Shown here: positions 47,267 to 57,727 of the stretch, piece by piece
Layout: each line of letters starts with the position of its first letter
How positions within the stretch are numbered: position 1 is the first letter of the stretch
From: an uncultured bacterium
GTDB taxonomy: Bacteria > Krumholzibacteriota > Krumholzibacteriia > Krumholzibacteriales > Krumholzibacteriaceae
Direction: 5' to 3'
NCBI GenBank assembly: GCA_965371515.1
Contig: CBDUYR010000007.1
Span: 11,202-75,201 of the forward strand
DNA length: 64,000 nucleotides
The notes under the pieces: generated by a model
Seen by the model: only the letters and a program-made list of their open reading frames with translations
The model's database searches: none
What the model was told of the DNA's origin: nothing
Translations under genes and position numbers: made by a program

Positions 47267-48151
47267 ATGAAAAACGAAAAGACATACGGAGCCCTGACAC
47301 TCGGCGTAGTCTCGATATCCTTCGCTGCTGTGTTCATCAGGCTGGCGGCAGGCCCGTCAGCGTCGGTCGCAGCCCTGAGGCTCGTTTTCGCCACGTTGAT
47401 CCTGTTACCGTTCGTGATCTTCTCGCGCAAAACACGCAACGCCATCATAGCGCTCCGCCGCGGGGAGAAAGGACTGCTCGTCCTGGCAGGGCTCTTTCTT
47501 GCGCTGCATTTTCTCTCGTGGATAGCCTCGCTCTCGTTCACAGGTATCACGAGCAGTATAGTATTGGTGACCATGAGTCCGATCTTTATCGAGATATATT
47601 CCGTTACGGTGCGGGGGGAGAGGACGTCGGCAAGAGTATGGATCGGTCTGGGCCTCGCAGTTGCGGGGAGTGTGATCCTCGGAGGGGGAAACATCGCCGC
47701 GGGAGGAGAGAACTGGAAGGGTGATCTGCTGGCTGTGGCGGGAGCTATAGCCGTGGCAGGCTATTTCATAGTGGGGAGCAGGCTGAGGCCGAAACTCCCC
47801 CTGCTCGCTTACATATTCCCCGTTTACGGAACAGCAGCACTGTTTCTAACGCTCGCTGCGCTTCTCCTGGGATCGGGCCTGGCGGCTCTTCCATCGACGA
47901 CTTATTTCTATTGCTTCATAATGGCGCTGGTCTGCCAGGTGACCGGCCATTCGATGTTCAACTGGGCGCTGCGAAGGATGAGGACGACGCTGGTAGCTAT
48001 GGCGACACTGGGAGAACCGATCGGAACGACGATGCTCGCATGGCTTATCCTCAGAGAAACGCCATTATCTACCGAGATCCTGGGAGGGGCCGTGATACTG
48101 GCTGGAGTGTTTGTCGTTCTGACGGGAGAATCGCTGCGCGTCAGAACGTGA
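47267..48151 (+). CDS. DMT/EamA family transporter
   Basis: About 10 TM helices in two repeats; LALHF..W, GDLLA, GH..FNWAL and EPI motifs. Confidence 0.9.
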   Translation: MKNEKTYGALTLGVVSISFAAVFIRLAAGPSASVAALRLVFATLILLPFVIFSRKTRNAIIALRRGEKGLLVLAGLFLALHFLSWIASLSFTGITSSIVLVTMSPIFIEIYSVTVRGERTSARVWIGLGLAVAGSVILGGGNIAAGGENWKGDLLAVAGAIAVAGYFIVGSRLRPKLPLLAYIFPVYGTAALFLTLAALLLGSGLAALPSTTYFYCFIMALVCQVTGHSMFNWALRRMRTTLVAMATLGEPIGTTMLAWLILRETPLSTEILGGAVILAGVFVVLTGESLRVRT

Positions 48152-49277
48152 TGAGAAGTTCCCTTACCTCGTCGGTCAGGGCCTCGTCCCCCTGCCATTT
48201 CACCAGGAACAGCTCGAAGGATTCCTTGGCCTCTTCCCGGCGGCCAAGCCGCATGAGCGAGTGCCCCAGATAGTAGAAGGTCCTGGGGGGCGCATCATCT
48301 CTGGCACTGAGCTTCTCGAGTACGGACACCGCATCCTCGAAATTCATCTTGCGGATATGGATTATCGATATGCCGATATCGATCTCGGGATCGTCAGGTG
48401 TGAGGGCTCGGGCCCTGTTCCACGCCTCGAGAGATTCCTCCAGGTCGTCCAGCTCATAGTCCGTTCTGGCAAGTCCTGTCCACGCCTCGACGTTCGTGTC
48501 GTCTCTGTAGAGAGCCAGGCGGTAGTACTCCCGGGCGTCCTTGAAAACGTTCGTCTCGAACGAAGCTATACCGAGATGCAGAAAGAGGTCGGTACCAGAC
48601 TTGCCCGCGTCTTTCGCCATGAGAAGGGTCTGCATGGCGTCGGCGTACATGTGCCTCGCGTTCATCACCTTCCCGAGCAGGAGAAGATAATCGGGCTCCA
48701 AGCCGATCCATGACCTCGAAGAGATAAGCTGAGCGTAGGCGGCCTGGTAATTCTGCTGCATGTAATAGGCCTCGGCGAGCACGAGGTTTCCCCGCTTGTC
48801 GTAGGGAGAATAACGCAGTGCATCGGTAGTGTATTTCTCGGCCGTGCTGTAGAGGCCTTGCTCGAGAGCGATCGCGCCCAGTCCGGAGTAGGGAGGGTGG
48901 AAGTTCGACTTGAGGCTGATAGAATACCTGTAGGCCTTTTTTGCCTCGGAATATTTTCCCTGCATCTCGAACGAATACCCCAGTCCATACTGGAGTCTGT
49001 AATCGTCGCTCTTTATCCTGGCAGCCAAGAGGAAATGCTTCTCCGCCTCGGCGTATTCCTCACGCACGAGCAGGGCCATGCCGAGGTTGTACTGCGTGTC
49101 CGGATCGGAGGGATTCAATTCGGCGGATTTTCGCCACTGTACGATTGCTTCGTCAGTGTCGTCCCTGTTAGCGGCTTCTACACCCAGGTTGTAATATTTG
49201 AGGGCGGAATCTCCGCACGATACGGTAAGCATGAGCAGCATTCCCGCAACGACGATCGAAATCCTTCTCATCATCAT
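48141..49277 (-). CDS. TPR-repeat lipoprotein
   Basis: Lipobox LTVSC; multiple YNLG/YGLG TPR repeats. Confidence 0.85.
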   Translation of the reverse strand: MMMRRISIVVAGMLLMLTVSCGDSALKYYNLGVEAANRDDTDEAIVQWRKSAELNPSDPDTQYNLGMALLVREEYAEAEKHFLLAARIKSDDYRLQYGLGYSFEMQGKYSEAKKAYRYSISLKSNFHPPYSGLGAIALEQGLYSTAEKYTTDALRYSPYDKRGNLVLAEAYYMQQNYQAAYAQLISSRSWIGLEPDYLLLLGKVMNARHMYADAMQTLLMAKDAGKSGTDLFLHLGIASFETNVFKDAREYYRLALYRDDTNVEAWTGLARTDYELDDLEESLEAWNRARALTPDDPEIDIGISIIHIRKMNFEDAVSVLEKLSARDDAPPRTFYYLGHSLMRLGRREEAKESFELFLVKWQGDEALTDEVRELLITF

Positions 49278-49436
49278 TCCTTTCGGCTTATACAGGTCGG
49301 ATATAGGATAATATAGCGCCGATGTGCCTTAAACGCATCAAGAAACGTTGATCCAGGCTGAAAACAGGGTTCCGGGAGGTCTGAAACGAACAAAATGGTA
49401 GTGGAATTCCTGAATATACAACGAATTAAAATATAG

Positions 49437-49464
49437 TTGACTTTTTATTAATCTATAGTAGATT
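49437..49464 (+). promoter_or_regulatory. Putative promoter/operator of the hdr-mvh-hyp operon
   Basis: TTGACT, 16-bp spacer, TAGATT in an AT-rich intergenic region, overlapped by the inverted repeat AATCTA-TAG-TAGATT. Confidence 0.45.
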
Positions 49465-49542
49465 TTTTGATTGAGACCTTCTGTATTTTTTGTCTCTCAA
49501 TCGGTTCAGGAGCTTTGATAATCCTGCGAGGTTGGTAGTTAA

Positions 49543-50121
49543 ATGCTTAAAAGAGAAGTGGTTTACGAATCTGTACTGGATCACGACTTTCTCGATGAGA
49601 TCTATTCTCTTCCCGGTGGAAACGAAGTGAAGAAGTGCATCCAGTGCGGGACATGCAGTGGTTCATGCCCGCAGGGAGCCGTCATGGACTACGCTCCGAG
49701 GAAGATATTCTCCCTCATAAGGGCTGGATTCAGGGACGAGGTGCTTGAATCGAACACCATATGGTACTGCTCGTCGTGCTATACATGCGCGGTGAGATGT
49801 CCCAAGGAGATCAAGATCACCGACGTCATGTATGCCCTCAAGCGTATCGCCATCAAGGAAGGCAAGGCGAAGGAAGGCAGGAAGGCAACGGTGCTGTCGA
49901 AGAATTTCGTCCGTTTGGTGAACAAGTACGGGCGTAATCACGAAACAGAACTGATGACACGATACATCTTATTGGCAGAGCCTTTCAACGCGCTCAATTT
50001 CGTGCCGCAGGGATGGCGGCTCTTCTCGAACGGCAGACTGCCAATCATGCCGCACAAGATAAAGAACATCGAACAGTTGAGAAAGATCCTGAAAAAAATC
50101 AACGAGCTCGGGGAGATATAG
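49543..50121 (+). CDS. hdrC: Heterodisulfide reductase subunit C
   Basis: CIQCGTCSGSCP and WYCSSCYTCAVRCP, two [4Fe-4S] motifs. Confidence 0.92.
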   Translation: MLKREVVYESVLDHDFLDEIYSLPGGNEVKKCIQCGTCSGSCPQGAVMDYAPRKIFSLIRAGFRDEVLESNTIWYCSSCYTCAVRCPKEIKITDVMYALKRIAIKEGKAKEGRKATVLSKNFVRLVNKYGRNHETELMTRYILLAEPFNALNFVPQGWRLFSNGRLPIMPHKIKNIEQLRKILKKINELGEI

Positions 50122-51030
50122 ATGAAGTACACGTATTATCCTGGATGCTCGGTGAAATCGACGGCCAATCTCTACCAGGAATCGATCGACGCGGTCGTAT
50201 CGGATATGGGAGTCGAGCTCGAGGAGCTCGACGACTGGAACTGCTGCGGAGCGACTGCCTACATGTCGGTCAGTGAACTGATGAGCTTCGCTATCTCGGC
50301 ACGGAACCTTGCGATGGCCGAGAAATTCCACAGAGACGTCGTGACGCCTTGCAGCGCATGCTATCTAGTTCTGAACAAGACGAACAGGTATTTCAACGAT
50401 TATCCTGAGGTTAGAAAAAAGCTCGGAGTGGCGCTCGAGGCTGGAGGCCTCAGCTACAGCGGAAACATTAGTGTCCGGCACATCCTCGATGTGATAATCA
50501 ACGATGTCGGACTCGAGAAAATTGCCGGACTGGTAAGCAAAAAACTCGAAGGCCTCAATGTCGCCCCGTACTACGGCTGCCAGATAGTAAGGCCGATGTA
50601 TTATGGATGCGGTGCAAGCGAGGAAAACGAGGAAGGTTTCGACGATCCAGACGATCCGGTCTGCATGGACAGGCTTATCGAGGCGACAGGCGCTACTTGC
50701 GTAAAGTACTCGATGAAGACGAAGTGCTGCGGGTCCTCCCTGATGGGCACCGAGGAGAAGCAGGCGCTCAAACTCTGCCGTGGTTTACTCGCCGACGCTG
50801 AGAATAACGGAGCCCATTGCATTGTCACGATATGTCCCCTCTGCCAGTTGAATCTCGATATTTTCCAGCCTAAGGTTAACAGCCTCTTCGGCACGAAGTT
50901 CAATATACCGGTAATCTACTTCACGCAGCTTATAGGGCTTGCGATGGGAAAACAGCCGAAAGAACTGGGGCTGGAAAGGCTTGCGGTGAAGATGACCGGG
51001 CCGATGAAACAGATACTACAGGGAGCGTGA
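50122..51030 (+). CDS. hdrB: Heterodisulfide reductase subunit B
   Basis: YYPGC, WNCCG, CSAC, YYGC, KCCG and CPLC: two CCG domains. Confidence 0.94.
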   Translation: MKYTYYPGCSVKSTANLYQESIDAVVSDMGVELEELDDWNCCGATAYMSVSELMSFAISARNLAMAEKFHRDVVTPCSACYLVLNKTNRYFNDYPEVRKKLGVALEAGGLSYSGNISVRHILDVIINDVGLEKIAGLVSKKLEGLNVAPYYGCQIVRPMYYGCGASEENEEGFDDPDDPVCMDRLIEATGATCVKYSMKTKCCGSSLMGTEEKQALKLCRGLLADAENNGAHCIVTICPLCQLNLDIFQPKVNSLFGTKFNIPVIYFTQLIGLAMGKQPKELGLERLAVKMTGPMKQILQGA

Positions 51031-51031
51031 T

Positions 51032-53008
51032 ATGTCTGAACGTATTGGTGTATACGTCTGCCACTGCGGCACGAACATTGCCGGCAAAGTAGACATCGAC
51101 GAGGTGGTCGAGTTCGCCAAAGGGCTCGATGACGTCACGCTCGTGAGAGAATACAAGTTCATGTGTTCCGATCCCGGACAGTCGCTCATCCAGAAAGATA
51201 TCGAGGATGGCCTGATCAACAGGGTCGTTGTCGCGTCATGTTCTCCGCTGATGCACGAGAAGACGTTCAGGAACGTATGCACCCGCGGCGGCATGAACGA
51301 ATACCTCTTTACAATGGCAAACATCCGCGAGCAGTGCTCGTGGGTGCACGTAGATGCCGACAAGACGACGGACAAGGCGAAGGACCTGATAGAAGCGGCC
51401 GTAAGAAGGACGAGGCTTCAGGAGCCCCTGACAAAGAGGGAAGTCCCGATCAACCCGAGGACTCTGGTGATCGGCGGCGGCATCGCAGGTATACAGGCGG
51501 CGCTCGACCTTGCAGACGCGGGCAAGAAGGTCGTTCTTGTCGAGAAGGAACCCTCGATCGGCGGCCACATGGCCAAGTTCGACAAGACCTTTCCGACGCT
51601 GGACTGCTCGGCATGTATCCTGACGCCCAGAATGGTATCGGTCGGCCAGCACGAGAACATCGAGCTGATGTCCTGGTCGGAGGTCGATGATATCGGCGGA
51701 TATGTCGGAAACTTCAACGTCACAGTACGAAAGAAGGCCAGGTATGTTGACGCCGATCTGTGCAACGGATGCGGCGCCTGCTGGGAGAAATGCCCGGGAA
51801 CGCGAGTGCCCCGCAAGGGCAACGTTCATGAGAAGCTATCGCTCGGGCCTACGACTTCTATATATATGCCGTTCATGCAGGCTGTGCCGGCGATACCGGT
51901 GATAGACGTCGAGACCTGCATACGTTTCAAGAACGGCAAATGCGGCATCTGCGCCGAGGTCTGCGAACGCAATGCGATAAAATACGACATGGAGGACGAG
52001 TTGGTCGAGTTCGAGGTGGGAAACATCATCCTGGCCACAGGCTTTCAGACCTTTGATCCGACCCCGGTGAAGAGATACGGATACGGGAAGCTCGACAATG
52101 TCATGACAGCGATCGAGTTCGAGATAATGAACTGCGCGTCTGGTAGTACGGGCGGGAAGATCAGGATGGCCGACGGAAGCGAGCCCAAGTCGATCGGGAT
52201 CGTCCACTGCGTCGGAAGCCGCGACAAGCATTACAACGAGTACTGCTCGAGGGTCTGCTGCATGTACGCCCTGAAGTACTCGCATCTTATAAAGGAGAAA
52301 ATCGAAGCAGAGGTATACGAGTTTTACATCGACCTTCGCTGCTTCGGCAAGGGATATGAGGAATTCTACGACAGGCTGCTCGGCGAGGACGTCCGGTTCG
52401 TTCGGGGCAAGGTCGCTGAGATAACAGAAGTGCCGATCGAGGAGGCCGAGAAGGGCAAGCTCGTTGTCGAGGTCGAGGATACGCTGGTCGGAACGCTACG
52501 GAGGATCCCTCTCGATATGGTCGTCCTTTGCACAGGCCTCGAGGCGCACGAGAGCCTTCCCGATGTCGCGGGTCTCTGCAGCGTCAGCATAGGCAAGGAC
52601 GGCTTCGTCATCGAGAAGCACCCCAAGCTCGGTCCAGTAGCGACGGCGACAGACGGAGTCTTCATAGCCGGCGCGTGCCAGTCTCCGAAGGATATTCCCG
52701 ATACTGTCGCACAGGCGTCTGCCGCTTCGAGCGCGGTCCTCTCGATGATCACGAGGGAGAAGATCGAGATCGAATCCGCCACCGCTGAAGTGGACGAGGA
52801 CAAGTGTTCCGGCTGCAAGATCTGCAATACCCTGTGCCCGTACCTTGCGATCAAGTACGATGAGGAGAAAGGCGTATCTGTCGTGAACGAGGCGCTCTGT
52901 AAAGGATGCGGCACATGCGCCGCCGGCTGCCCGAGCAACGCGATCTCGGCCAAGCATTTCGAGGACAGGCAGATCTTCGCTGAGATAGAGGGTATCCTCT
53001 CGGCGTGA
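51032..53008 (+). CDS. hdrA: Heterodisulfide reductase subunit A (flavoprotein)
   Basis: VYVCHCGTNI, NIREQCSWVH, GGGIAG, DKTFPTLDCSACI, HCVGSR, YCSRVCCMY and PKDIPD motifs; C-terminal ferredoxin. Confidence 0.96.
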   Translation: MSERIGVYVCHCGTNIAGKVDIDEVVEFAKGLDDVTLVREYKFMCSDPGQSLIQKDIEDGLINRVVVASCSPLMHEKTFRNVCTRGGMNEYLFTMANIREQCSWVHVDADKTTDKAKDLIEAAVRRTRLQEPLTKREVPINPRTLVIGGGIAGIQAALDLADAGKKVVLVEKEPSIGGHMAKFDKTFPTLDCSACILTPRMVSVGQHENIELMSWSEVDDIGGYVGNFNVTVRKKARYVDADLCNGCGACWEKCPGTRVPRKGNVHEKLSLGPTTSIYMPFMQAVPAIPVIDVETCIRFKNGKCGICAEVCERNAIKYDMEDELVEFEVGNIILATGFQTFDPTPVKRYGYGKLDNVMTAIEFEIMNCASGSTGGKIRMADGSEPKSIGIVHCVGSRDKHYNEYCSRVCCMYALKYSHLIKEKIEAEVYEFYIDLRCFGKGYEEFYDRLLGEDVRFVRGKVAEITEVPIEEAEKGKLVVEVEDTLVGTLRRIPLDMVVLCTGLEAHESLPDVAGLCSVSIGKDGFVIEKHPKLGPVATATDGVFIAGACQSPKDIPDTVAQASAASSAVLSMITREKIEIESATAEVDEDKCSGCKICNTLCPYLAIKYDEEKGVSVVNEALCKGCGTCAAGCPSNAISAKHFEDRQIFAEIEGILSA

Positions 53009-53039
53009 AAAAGAAGATAAATACTGAAGGGATGTCGAG

Positions 53040-53525
53040 ATGACTTTCGAACCGAAGATAGTCGGTTTTCTCTGCAACTGGTGCTCCTACACCGGAGCCG
53101 ATCTCGCGGGGACGGCGAGGATCAAGTACGCCCCGAACATCAGGTCGATCAGGGTGATGTGCAGCGGCAGGATAGAGCCGACCTTCATCATCAAGGCCCT
53201 CTACGAGGGCGCCGATGGCGTGCTCATAGCAGGTTGTCATCCCGGCGACTGTCACTACCAGGAGGGGAACTACAAGGCCCTGCGAAGGTACAGGCTGCTC
53301 AAGCGGATACTCCCCGAATACGGGGTGGAACCGGAGAGGGTGCGCCTCGAATGGGTCGCCGCATCTGAGGGAGAGAGGTTCGCGAACATAGTGGATGAGT
53401 TTACCGACCAGCTACGTGAACTCGGGCCGCTGGGAATCAAGGATTCGCTTGCTGAAGCGATGAAGGATGATATCGAGCCTCACAAAGCTCAAAAAGAAGA
53501 AAGCGATGTAGCAAATGAAGCTTAA
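53040..53525 (+). CDS. mvhD: Hydrogenase iron-sulfur subunit MvhD
   Basis: [24 protein letters not shown] and WVAASEG motifs. Confidence 0.95.
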   Translation: MTFEPKIVGFLCNWCSYTGADLAGTARIKYAPNIRSIRVMCSGRIEPTFIIKALYEGADGVLIAGCHPGDCHYQEGNYKALRRYRLLKRILPEYGVEPERVRLEWVAASEGERFANIVDEFTDQLRELGPLGIKDSLAEAMKDDIEPHKAQKEESDVANEA

Positions 53526-54468
53526 AGGCGGGATTTACTGGGGAGCCGGCTGCGGAGGCTGCGACGTAGCGGTGCTCGATATCCATGAAAAGATCCTCGA
53601 CGTCGCCGAAAAGATGGATTTTCTCTTCTGGCCCCTCGCCATGGACTTCAAATACGATAATGTCAGGGCGATGGAGGACGGAGAGTTTGACCTCGTCCTC
53701 TACAACGGTGCGATCCGGAACTCCGAGAACGAGGAGATCGCTAAACTGCTCAGACGCAAGTCGAAGACGATGGTCGCTCTCGGTGCCTGCGCTCATATCG
53801 GAGGGCTGCCCAGCCTGGCCAACTATCACACGAAGCAGTCGCTGTTCGAGCGCGTCTACTCGGAGACCGAGTCGACCGATAATCCCGAAGGCACAGTGCC
53901 GCTGGAGATGTCGACTGTGGACGGAAACGAGCTTGAGCTTCCGAGGTTCTATAACACCGTCAAGACACTCGACCAGGTCGTCGACGTCGATTATTACCTC
54001 CCGGGATGTCCGCCTGTCCCCCAGCAGATCGTCAATGCGCTGACGGCTGTATTCAACGGCGAGCTGCCGCCAAAGGGCTCGATCATAGGGGCCGGAACGA
54101 AGACGCTCTGCGACGAATGCCCGAGGGAGAAGGAAGAGAAGGAGATCAGCGAGATCAGGAGGCCGCTCAACATGATACCTGATCCGGAGAAATGCCTGCT
54201 CGAACAGGGTCTTATCTGTCTCGGGCCGGTCACGAGAGAGGGGTGCGGCGCCAGATGCATCAATTCCGGCGTGCCGTGCAGGGGATGCTACGGTCCCCTG
54301 GAAGGGGTGCAGGACCAGGGAATAAGGATGATCAGCGCGCTCGCTTCGGTCATCGAGCCGAAGGAGGAGAAGGAGATCGACGCTGTGCTGGACGGCATCG
54401 TCGATCCCTTGAGGACTTTTCACAGGTTCAGCACTGCCGCATCGATCCTCAGGAGGAAAAAGATATGA
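53515..54468 (+). CDS. mvhG: [NiFe] hydrogenase small subunit (F420-nonreducing, group 3c)
   Basis: CGGC, GAC, PGCPP, CDECP, CLLEQG.ICLGP.T..GC and PCRGCYG motifs. Confidence 0.92.
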   Translation: MKLKGGIYWGAGCGGCDVAVLDIHEKILDVAEKMDFLFWPLAMDFKYDNVRAMEDGEFDLVLYNGAIRNSENEEIAKLLRRKSKTMVALGACAHIGGLPSLANYHTKQSLFERVYSETESTDNPEGTVPLEMSTVDGNELELPRFYNTVKTLDQVVDVDYYLPGCPPVPQQIVNALTAVFNGELPPKGSIIGAGTKTLCDECPREKEEKEISEIRRPLNMIPDPEKCLLEQGLICLGPVTREGCGARCINSGVPCRGCYGPLEGVQDQGIRMISALASVIEPKEEKEIDAVLDGIVDPLRTFHRFSTAASILRRKKI

Positions 54469-55925
54469 GGCGCGTGGAGATAGACCCCATCACCAGGCTT
54501 GAGGGCCACGGCAAGATCAGCATCTTCATAAACGACGACGGTTCGGTCGAGAACGCTTATCTCCAGATCCCCGAGCTGAGGGGATTCGAGAAGTTCGTCG
54601 AGGGACTTCCCGTAGAGGAGATCCCGAGGATCATGCCGAGGATCTGCGGCGTTTGCCCGGCGGCGCATCACATGGCGGCAGGAAAAGCCGTCGACAATGT
54701 ATTTTCAGTGGACATACCGGAGGTCGCGAAAAAACTTCGCGAGCTATACTACATGGCTCATTTTATTCACAGCCATGCGGCGCATTTTTACGCACTTGCC
54801 GCGCCTGATTTCGTGCTCGGTCCCGACGCTCCCAAGGAGCAACGGAACGTCCTCGGCCTGATAGCGAAGGTAGGTCTCGAACTCGGCGGCGAAGTTGTAA
54901 GGCAGCGTGCGATATCGCAGGATATCCAGATAATGGTCGGCGGCAGAGCCACGCATCCAGTCTGGAACATTCCCGGCGGCGTGACGCGTGCCCTCAGCGA
55001 GGAGAACGCAGAGAAGGTCAAGAGCCTTGCCGATGAGCAGATCGGCTTCGCCGAACTGAGCCTCAAGCTCTTCAACGATCTCGTTCTGGCCAACGAGACA
55101 TATCTCGACCTGATAATGGGCGGGATCTTCGAGCAGGTCACAAACTACATGGGACTTGTGGACGAGAACAACAAGGTCAACTTCTATGAAGGTCAGGTCC
55201 GTATGGTCGATGTCGATGGCAAGGAGATGTTCAGGTACTCGGAGCCGGATTACATGGATTACATAGCCGAACACGTCGAGCCATGGTCGTACCTGAAGTT
55301 CCCATATATAAAGGAAAGGGGATGGATGGGCTTTGTCGAGGGAGCGGAGACCTCGCTCTATCAGGCGAACCCGCTTCCGAGGTTCAATGCGGCCGACGGA
55401 ATGGCCACACCGAAAGCACAGGCCGAATACGAGAAGATGTTCGAGGTCGTCGGTGGAAAGCCCTGTCACAAACTCATGGTGAACCACTGGGCGAGGCTCA
55501 TCGAGATGCTCTATGCTGCCGAGAGGATGCAGGAGCTGATCAACGATCCGGAGATCACAGATCCGAATGTGAGGGTGATTCCCTCGACCACGCCGAGAGA
55601 GGGCGTGGGGATCGTAGAGGCCCCTCGTGGAACGCTGACGCATCATTACTGGACCGACGAGAACGGAATCGTGACAAAGGCAAACCTGATCGTCGGTACG
55701 ACGAACAACAACGCCTCGATCAACATGGCCGTCAAGAAGGCAGCGCAGAATCTCATCAAGCCGGGTGGCGAAGTGACCGAAGGTCTGCTCAACATGGTCG
55801 AGATGGCGTTCCGTCTGTACGATCCGTGCTTCAGCTGCGCTACGCACAGTCTTCCCGGACAGATGCCGCTGACCATCGAGATACGCGATCTCGACGGCGA
55901 GATACTGAACGAGGTATCGAGGTAG
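54465..55925 (+). CDS. mvhA: [NiFe] hydrogenase large subunit (group 3c)
   Basis: TRLEGH, RICGVC (L1), EAPRG and DPCFSCATH (L2), followed by a cleavable C-terminal extension. Confidence 0.94.
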   Translation: MRRVEIDPITRLEGHGKISIFINDDGSVENAYLQIPELRGFEKFVEGLPVEEIPRIMPRICGVCPAAHHMAAGKAVDNVFSVDIPEVAKKLRELYYMAHFIHSHAAHFYALAAPDFVLGPDAPKEQRNVLGLIAKVGLELGGEVVRQRAISQDIQIMVGGRATHPVWNIPGGVTRALSEENAEKVKSLADEQIGFAELSLKLFNDLVLANETYLDLIMGGIFEQVTNYMGLVDENNKVNFYEGQVRMVDVDGKEMFRYSEPDYMDYIAEHVEPWSYLKFPYIKERGWMGFVEGAETSLYQANPLPRFNAADGMATPKAQAEYEKMFEVVGGKPCHKLMVNHWARLIEMLYAAERMQELINDPEITDPNVRVIPSTTPREGVGIVEAPRGTLTHHYWTDENGIVTKANLIVGTTNNNASINMAVKKAAQNLIKPGGEVTEGLLNMVEMAFRLYDPCFSCATHSLPGQMPLTIEIRDLDGEILNEVSR

Positions 55926-55955
55926 CGCATCGTGGAAGATTCCGGGAGTAATCCT

Positions 55956-56462
55956 ATGAAAACGATTATCATCGGGCTGGGTAATACTGTCCTGAGCGAC
56001 GATGGCGCCGGGGTCTATGTTGCGCGCATGTTGTCAGGGAGATTCGACGACGACGTATCCGTCATCGAGACGGAAAGCGCCGGGATGAACCTGATGGAGA
56101 TGCTCGGAGGGTTCGACAGGGCCGTTCTGGTCGACGCGATCCTACTCGACGGCGAGGAGGCGGGTACGATATTCCGGCTGCGTGCAGATGACCTGAAGAT
56201 CACTCCCAGGCTGTCTTCATGCCACGATATCGATTTAGTCACAGCCCTCGAACTGGGAAGGCAGCTCGGTCTGCACATGCCCGGCGAGGTCACGATATTT
56301 GCCATACAGGGAGAGGATATGCTCACGCTCTCCGAGGGATGCACCCGGAAGGTAGAAGAATCGCTTCCGCTCGTCGCGGACGAAGTCGAAGCACTCATCA
56401 AGGGGCTGGATGGACCTCGTATCTCGATAGGCCTTGACGAGAGGAAAAACAGGGATGCATGA
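55956..56462 (+). CDS. Hydrogenase maturation protease
   Basis: GLGN.VLSDDGAG, VDA and SCH motifs. Confidence 0.92.
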   Translation: MKTIIIGLGNTVLSDDGAGVYVARMLSGRFDDDVSVIETESAGMNLMEMLGGFDRAVLVDAILLDGEEAGTIFRLRADDLKITPRLSSCHDIDLVTALELGRQLGLHMPGEVTIFAIQGEDMLTLSEGCTRKVEESLPLVADEVEALIKGLDGPRISIGLDERKNRDA

Positions 56463-56808
56463 GGTCTCCGTGATGCAAAATCTCCTCGAGATCGTCATGG
56501 CGACTGCCGACAGGGAAGATGCTGAGACGATAGACGTCATACACCTGCGGATAGGAGAGATGACCGGCATCAACTTTGAATCCCTCGAATTCGCCTTCGA
56601 GATCCTCTCGAAGGGAACGAAGGCGGAGGGGGGCAGGCTCGAATACGACAGGGTTGCACTCAAGGGAAGGTGCTCCGGCTGTTCGAGCGAGTTCCATCCC
56701 GTTGACCTCGTTTTCAGGTGCCCCGAATGCGGCGCCGGCAATGTGGATATTATTGCTGGCAGGGAGATGGAAGTAGATTATATTCTACTGGACGAGGAAG
56801 GTTCGTAA
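56455..56808 (+). CDS. hypA: Hydrogenase nickel metallochaperone HypA
   Basis: MHE at the N-terminus, CSGC, CPECG and GRE. Confidence 0.95.
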   Translation: MHEVSVMQNLLEIVMATADREDAETIDVIHLRIGEMTGINFESLEFAFEILSKGTKAEGGRLEYDRVALKGRCSGCSSEFHPVDLVFRCPECGAGNVDIIAGREMEVDYILLDEEGS

Positions 56809-57470
56809 TGCACCAGATAAATGTCGGCGAGGATCTCAGGGAGAGGAACAGGGAGATCGCGGCGGAGAACCGCGAGATGCTCCGCAGACACGGCGTCTTC
56901 TCGCTGAATATCATGAGCGCTCCCGGGGCGGGCAAGACTTCACTGCTGGTAAAGTCGATCCCGCTGCTGAAGGACAAATACAGGATCGGGGTCATCGAGG
57001 GCGATCTCCAGACCACGAGAGACGCCGAGAGGGTCGGCGCGCTGGGCATAGAGGTGTACCAGATACAGACCGGCGGAGTATGTCATCTCGACGCGGCGAT
57101 GGTCCATTCGGCGCTCCATCAGATCGACCTCGATTCAATGGACATACTGTTGATAGAGAATGTAGGCAATCTCGTCTGCCCCGCCGAGTTCGATCTCGGC
57201 GTCGACGCGCGAGTGATGCTGTTGAGTATTACCGAGGGAGACGACAAGCCGAAGAAATACCCGCTGATGTTCAGCGAATCCCGACTCCTGATCCTCAACA
57301 AGGTCGATCTGATCGAGATGGTCGATTTCGATATAGCCAAGGCAAGACGCGAAGCCTCCGATATCAATCCACACATCGAGATCATCGAGCTTTCCTGCAG
57401 GTCGGGCGCCGGGATCGAGGACTGGACCGGCTGGATAGAAAAGCTGTACTCGGAAATCGGAGTCGAATAA
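56808..57470 (+). CDS. hypB: Hydrogenase nickel incorporation GTPase HypB
   Basis: SAPGAGKT, IEGD, CHLDA, ENVGNLVCPAEFDLG, EGDDKP.KYP and NK.DL motifs. Confidence 0.95.
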   Translation: MHQINVGEDLRERNREIAAENREMLRRHGVFSLNIMSAPGAGKTSLLVKSIPLLKDKYRIGVIEGDLQTTRDAERVGALGIEVYQIQTGGVCHLDAAMVHSALHQIDLDSMDILLIENVGNLVCPAEFDLGVDARVMLLSITEGDDKPKKYPLMFSESRLLILNKVDLIEMVDFDIAKARREASDINPHIEIIELSCRSGAGIEDWTGWIEKLYSEIGVE

Positions 57471-57727
57471 TGTGCCTTGCAATCCCTATGGAGATCACTG
57501 AAAAAAACGGCAACGAGGCTGTAGCCGTGGCCGGCGGCATCAGGAAAGACGTCAGGCTCGATCTGATCGAAGGCGCGGAGATCGGTGACTTCATATTGAT
57601 ACATACCGGTTACGCGATAGAGAAACTCGACCCGGAAGAGGCGCGGGAGACTCTCGAGCTGATCAAAAAAGTATACCGTGCCGGGATGACCGGAAGTGTT
57701 GATCCCCCCGAAAACGATGAACAATAA
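57470..57727 (+). CDS. hypC: Hydrogenase assembly chaperone HypC
   Basis: MCLAIP at the N-terminus and IHTGYAI. Confidence 0.95.
   Translation: MCLAIPMEITEKNGNEAVAVAGGIRKDVRLDLIEGAEIGDFILIHTGYAIEKLDPEEARETLELIKKVYRAGMTGSVDPPENDEQ

Noticed and set aside
54192..54464. Long N-terminal extensions in the ORF track for mvhA (also kbl, hypB, hypC, rtcB)
   Set aside because: They overlap upstream genes; conserved N-termini and RBS positions indicate the later starts.
51032..55925. Selenocysteine recoding in hdrA, mvhD or mvhA
   Set aside because: All relevant positions are Cys codons, and there are no in-frame TGA codons.
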